64,000 nucleotides of DNA from Macrostomum lignano (lineage: Eukaryota). A model generated the notes under the pieces. It was not told where the DNA came from and did not search any database. It saw nothing but the letters and a program-made list of their open reading frames with translations. Of the stretch, positions 60,001-64,000 are shown one piece after another. The stretch's first letter is position 1, and every line of letters begins with the position of its first letter. Both the position numbers and the translations under genes were made by a program. The DNA lies in the NCBI GenBank assembly GCA_002269645.1, contig NIVC01000428.1:186001-250000 (forward strand), in the 5' to 3' direction.

Positions 60001-63000
60001 GAATCCCGAATTATCCATCCTGAATCCCGAATTATCCATCCCGAATCCCGAATTATCCATCCCGAATCCCGACTTATCCATCCCGAATCCCGAATTATCC
60101 ATCCCGAATCCCGAATTATCCCGACAGACACTAAGTGATTATGTTGCGGTGGGCGGAATCGAATCCGGGACCTTACAGCTACACGATTCATCCCTTCCTG
60201 ATCCCAAGTCAGATACCAGGCGACCCCGCATCCAGTCTTGGTACTTTCAGTAGGTCAATGGGAAAAACTGAACTCACTGTAACATTGAACTCTGGCGTTG
60301 CCTCCCGGTCCAGCAGGCTGGCGTTGGCCACAGTCACGTGACCGCTGTTGGGATCGATTTGAAAGGCGCCACTGGGATCGGCCAGCAGATAGCTGACTGT
60401 GGAGTTCTCGCCCTGCAACGGTCATTGGGATGATTCAGAGTCTTGGGACCACGAATTTGGAACTCCCACAAAACTGGAAATCCTACAAAACTGGAAATCC
60501 CACAAGACTAGAAATCCCAAAAGACTGGAAATCCTGCAAAACTGGAAATCCCACAAATCTGGAAATCCCACAAAGCAGGAAATCCCACAAAGCTGGAAAT
60601 CCCACAAAGCAGGAAATCCCACAAAATTGGAAATCCCACAAAGCAGGAAATCCCACAAAACTGGAAATCCAACAAAACTGGAAATCCCACAAAACTGGAA
60701 ATCCCACAATACTGGAAATCCCACAAAGACAGGAAATCCCTCGAGACAGGAAATCCCACAAAACTAGAAATCCCACAAAACTGGAAATCCCACAAAACTG
60801 GAAATCCCACAAAACTGGAAATCCCACAATACTGGAAATCCCTCGAGACAGGAAATCCCTCGAGACAGGAAATCCCACAAAATTGGAAACCCTGCAAGAC
60901 TGGAAATCCCATAAGAATGGAAATCCCTGTGAAATTCCCGTGACTGGAAATCTCGTAAGGCTAGCGGTATTTCCTGGATTCGAAGTACATGATGCAACAA
61001 CGAGCCGAGAGTTGAGCTCACCAGGTCTCTGTCGGTGGCGGACACGCCAATGACAAAAGTTCCAGCGGGCGAATTCTCTACTATGGTGACTGAGTAGTCT
61101 GTTGCAGACATGACCGGAGCGTTGTCGTTTCTGTCTCCGACCGTCACCAGCACCAGGGCCAGCGCCACCCGGGTGGCGGGCTTGTCGGTTTGATAGCCCT
61201 GCGGGATATTTTAGGGATATTTGCCCAACTTCATTCTGATTCGGGATCGGGATTCGGGATCGGGATTCGGGATCGGGATTCGGGATCGGGATTCGGGATC
61301 GGGATTCGGGATCGGGATTCGGGATCGGGATTCGGGATCGGGATTCGGGATCGGGATTCGGGATCGGGATTCGGGATCGGGATTCGGGATCGGGATTCGG
61401 GATCGGGATCGGGATTCGGGATCGGGATTCGGGATCGGGATTCGGGATCGGGATTCGGGATCGGGATTCGGGATCGGGATTCGGGATCGGGATTCGGGAT
61501 CGGGATTCGGGATCGGGATTCGGGATCGGGATTCGGGATCGGGATTCGGGATCGGGATTCGGGATCGGGATTCGGGATCGGGATTCGGGATCGGGATTCG
61601 GGATCGGGATTCGGGATCGGGATTCGGGATCGGGATTCGGGATCGGGATTCGGGATCGGGATTCGGGATCGGGATTCGGGATCGGGATTCGGGATCGGGA
61701 TTCGGGATCGGGATTCGGGATCGGGATTCGGGATCGGGATTCGGGATCGGGATTCGGGATCGGGATTCGGGATCGGGATTCGGGATCGGGATTCGGGATC
61801 GGGATTCGGGATCGGGATTCGGGATCGGGATTCGGGATCGGGATTCGGGATCGGGATTCGGGATCGGGATTCGGGATCGGGATTCGGGATCGGGATTCGG
61901 GATCGGGATTCGGGATCGGGATTCGGGATCGGGATTCGGGATCGGGATTCGGGATCGGGATTCGGGATCGGGATTCGGGATCGGGATTCGGGATCGGGAT
62001 TCGGGATCGGGATTCGGGATCGGGATTCGGGATCGGGATTCGGGATCGGGATTCGGGATCGGGATTCGGGATCGGGATTCGGGATCGGGATTCGGGATCG
62101 GGATTCGGGATCGGGATTCGGGATCGGGATTCGGGATCGGGATTCGGGATCGGGATTCGGGATCGGGATTCGGGATCGGGATTCGGGATCGGGATTCGGG
62201 ATCGGGATTCGGGATCGGGATTCGGGATCGGGATTCGGGATCGGGATTCGGGATCGGGATTCGGGATCGGGATCGGGATCGGGATTCGGGATCGGGATCG
62301 GGATCGGGATCGAGATCGCGTACCTTGACCAGCACAAACAGCTGGCTGGCTGGCAGACTCTCCCTGTCGATGAGGCTGACGATGCTGAACTGGCCCGTGG
62401 TGGAGTTGATGGCGATGAAGCTGGTGTTGTCAATCTGCGAGCCTGAGTGTGCGGAATGGCATTTGAGAAGGTGAGATTGTTTGAAGGAAAAAAACAGGAA
62501 AGTTTTAATTTTGTGAGATTGAGTGAGTTGTAAAAAAGATTTACAATTATATTTAAAGCACATTGTTACGCACCAAACTAAGCGAATTAAAGCAATAAAA
62601 CAAAATGCCAAAAATTAGCAGCTCTAAATGTTCGAACACGAGACCCGTACAAAATCGCAATTATTAATTTTTTATCTGGAAGGCAACTAAACTGGTGGCC
62701 CTGGAAACCAAACTGGTGGCCCTGGCAAGCAAACTGGGGGCCCTGGCAACCAAACTGGTGGCCTGGTAACCAAAACTACGACCCTAGCAATAAAGTGGCA
62801 CGCCCGTTTGACACCCTGTTTAGTATTAGATAACTCATTAATAGAATACTTGGATTAGTTCTCAATAAATATATTTCATTACCTGCCGAATTCCACCAAT
62901 AAGCTGGAAAATTAGGGCAGAATTTCTCAGTTCTTTCACTTCAATAGAATTTATTTATTATTAAGACGAATCACCACGTCAAACACCTGTTAGCTTACCG

Positions 63001-64000
63001 GAAACGATAGCATAATTTATGGTCTCGTTGATGCCCACATCCTGATCGAGGGCCAGCAGCGGTGGGCTGGCCGTCAGCGGCGAGTTCATGTAAGCGGTGT
63101 TCTGGATGGAGCCGTGGGAGGGGGTCAGCGGCGAGTTCATGTAAGCGGTGTTCTGGATGGAGCCGTGGGAGGGGGGGGGGTTCAATCAGCCGCTTTCACT
63201 GCCTTTTGCTTTAGTTTGCACGGCTAGATATGACAACTGGAGGATGAAGAGATCACTAATTGCAGTAAGAGGCTGGACCCTTTGTTGAAAGTAGAAATTA
63301 TGGTACCCTCTGAAGGACATCAGACTTCGTCGCAAACACTTCTAGAGGTCTGCATCGCGGTTGAATTCTTCAACGCATGATGGAGAGCAGCCTCTCTGAT
63401 ATAAAAGGTCTGCTCATCTAACAGGGTGACGTACTCGCCATTCTAGATAATGTAGATGCTCTTCAAAAGCGTCTCAACGCTGCCAAGCCGCTCGGTTGGC
63501 CGAAAATCGTACGAGTCTATTGATATTTGCGAGCATTTCTTGGATACAGAATCTCACCTCAGAACAAAAGAGAGGTCAAACAATTCTTTGACTAAGTGAA
63601 CCTTTTTGGACCCGAAAAATGTCTCGTGGTTTTAACCAATCAGTCACCTGAGGAAAGATGATACGAGCGCTGGCTGTGGGACATTGTCACCAAAGGCGTT
63701 GCAACCCGGGTGCCCACAAACCTGGAGTTACTTTGCTTGGTAACCACTAAAGTTTTACAGGTTCCCCTGAACCGGAGCCCTGAAGCGGTTTAATAAACAC
63801 ATGCTAGTGACGTCACTCACATTCTCCATAAAGTACAGCGAGTACGAGTTCTGAGTGAACTCAGGATTTTGATCGTCGTAGTCCAAGACGTTCACCACCA
63901 GGGTGGCGAAGCCCGTCAGCGCCGCCGGCTGGCTGGCCGGCTCGGTCGGCAGCTCCGAGGCCGCCACGGTCATGATGTACTGGCGCGGTCCGGCGTCAAA
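57072..64000 (-). CDS. Non-classical cadherin, 3' portion (gene continues beyond the window)
   Basis: Exons 63821-64000+, 62999-63101 (or -63152), 62323-62442, 61022-61198, 60278-60412, 59406-59767, about 58461-58789, 57872-58329 and 57072-57183. Cadherin motifs VLDYDDQNP, LDRE, GDRNDNAP, ATDRD, TDVNDNSP and ATDAD; Ser/Thr-rich stalk; TM (LGLIVACALLAVIASVLGLLLGWFLF); short tail. The last-exon assignment is less certain. Confidence 0.88.
57290..57715. repeat. Intronic minisatellite (21 bp, CTCCTTGTCCCCATTCTGGC(G/T))
   Basis: About 20 copies. Confidence 0.9.
58828..59343. repeat. Intronic minisatellite (17 bp, TTCTCAAACTGGCACTC)
   Basis: About 30 near-perfect copies between cadherin exons. 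Confidence 0.93.
59800..60122. repeat. Intronic minisatellite (21 bp, ATCCCGAATCCCGAATTATCC)
   Basis: About 15 copies. Confidence 0.9.
60460..60945. repeat. Intronic minisatellite (about 17 bp, GGAAATCCCACAAAACT)
   Basis: About 27 degenerate copies. Confidence 0.9.
61237..62315. repeat. Intronic satellite (GGGATC/GGGATTC-based unit), about 1.08 kb
   Basis: Near-perfect array filling almost the whole intron from just after the donor (62322) to near the acceptor (61199). Confidence 0.95.

Noticed and set aside
61190-62611. 400-466 aa ORFs (IRDRDSGSGFGIG / SRSRIPIPNPDPE repeats)
   Set aside because: They are translations of a stop-free intronic satellite bounded by a cadherin splice donor (62322) and acceptor (61199).
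63240-63700. Coding-looking segment in a cadherin intron
   Set aside because: Interrupted by stops in all frames, with no family recognised and no boundaries found.

Overview
Eukaryotic animal genomic DNA. GC-rich poly-Gln/Ala exons, GT-AG introns with CTAAC-type branch points and minisatellite-filled introns suggest a flatworm such as Macrostomum (inference only). Five host genes can be reconstructed by hand: a divergent Sin3-like co-repressor (+, 6 exons); a nearly intronless DEKA voltage-gated sodium channel nested antisense in Sin3 intron 3; a C2H2 zinc-finger gene (-); a CD36/SR-B scavenger receptor (+); and the 3' part of a non-classical cadherin (-). Mobile DNA is layered: (1) a non-autonomous LTR element (577-bp LTRs, CATG TSD) carrying a cargo ORF, a nested MITE and a nested Chapaev transposon; (2) a Penelope-like fragment with inverted pseudo-LTRs, two hammerhead ribozyme motifs and 16 tandem copies of its GIY-YIG tail; (3) an apparently intact 9-exon hAT transposon; (4) an 8.7-kb inverted-repeat element in the zinc-finger intron. 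That last element is the most unusual object. Its only recognisable gene is a Polinton-type protein-primed DNA polymerase B, and three spliceosomal introns fall inside or at the edge of its catalytic motifs A, B and C. All coordinates, counts and splice models were derived by eye; no database searches were run.
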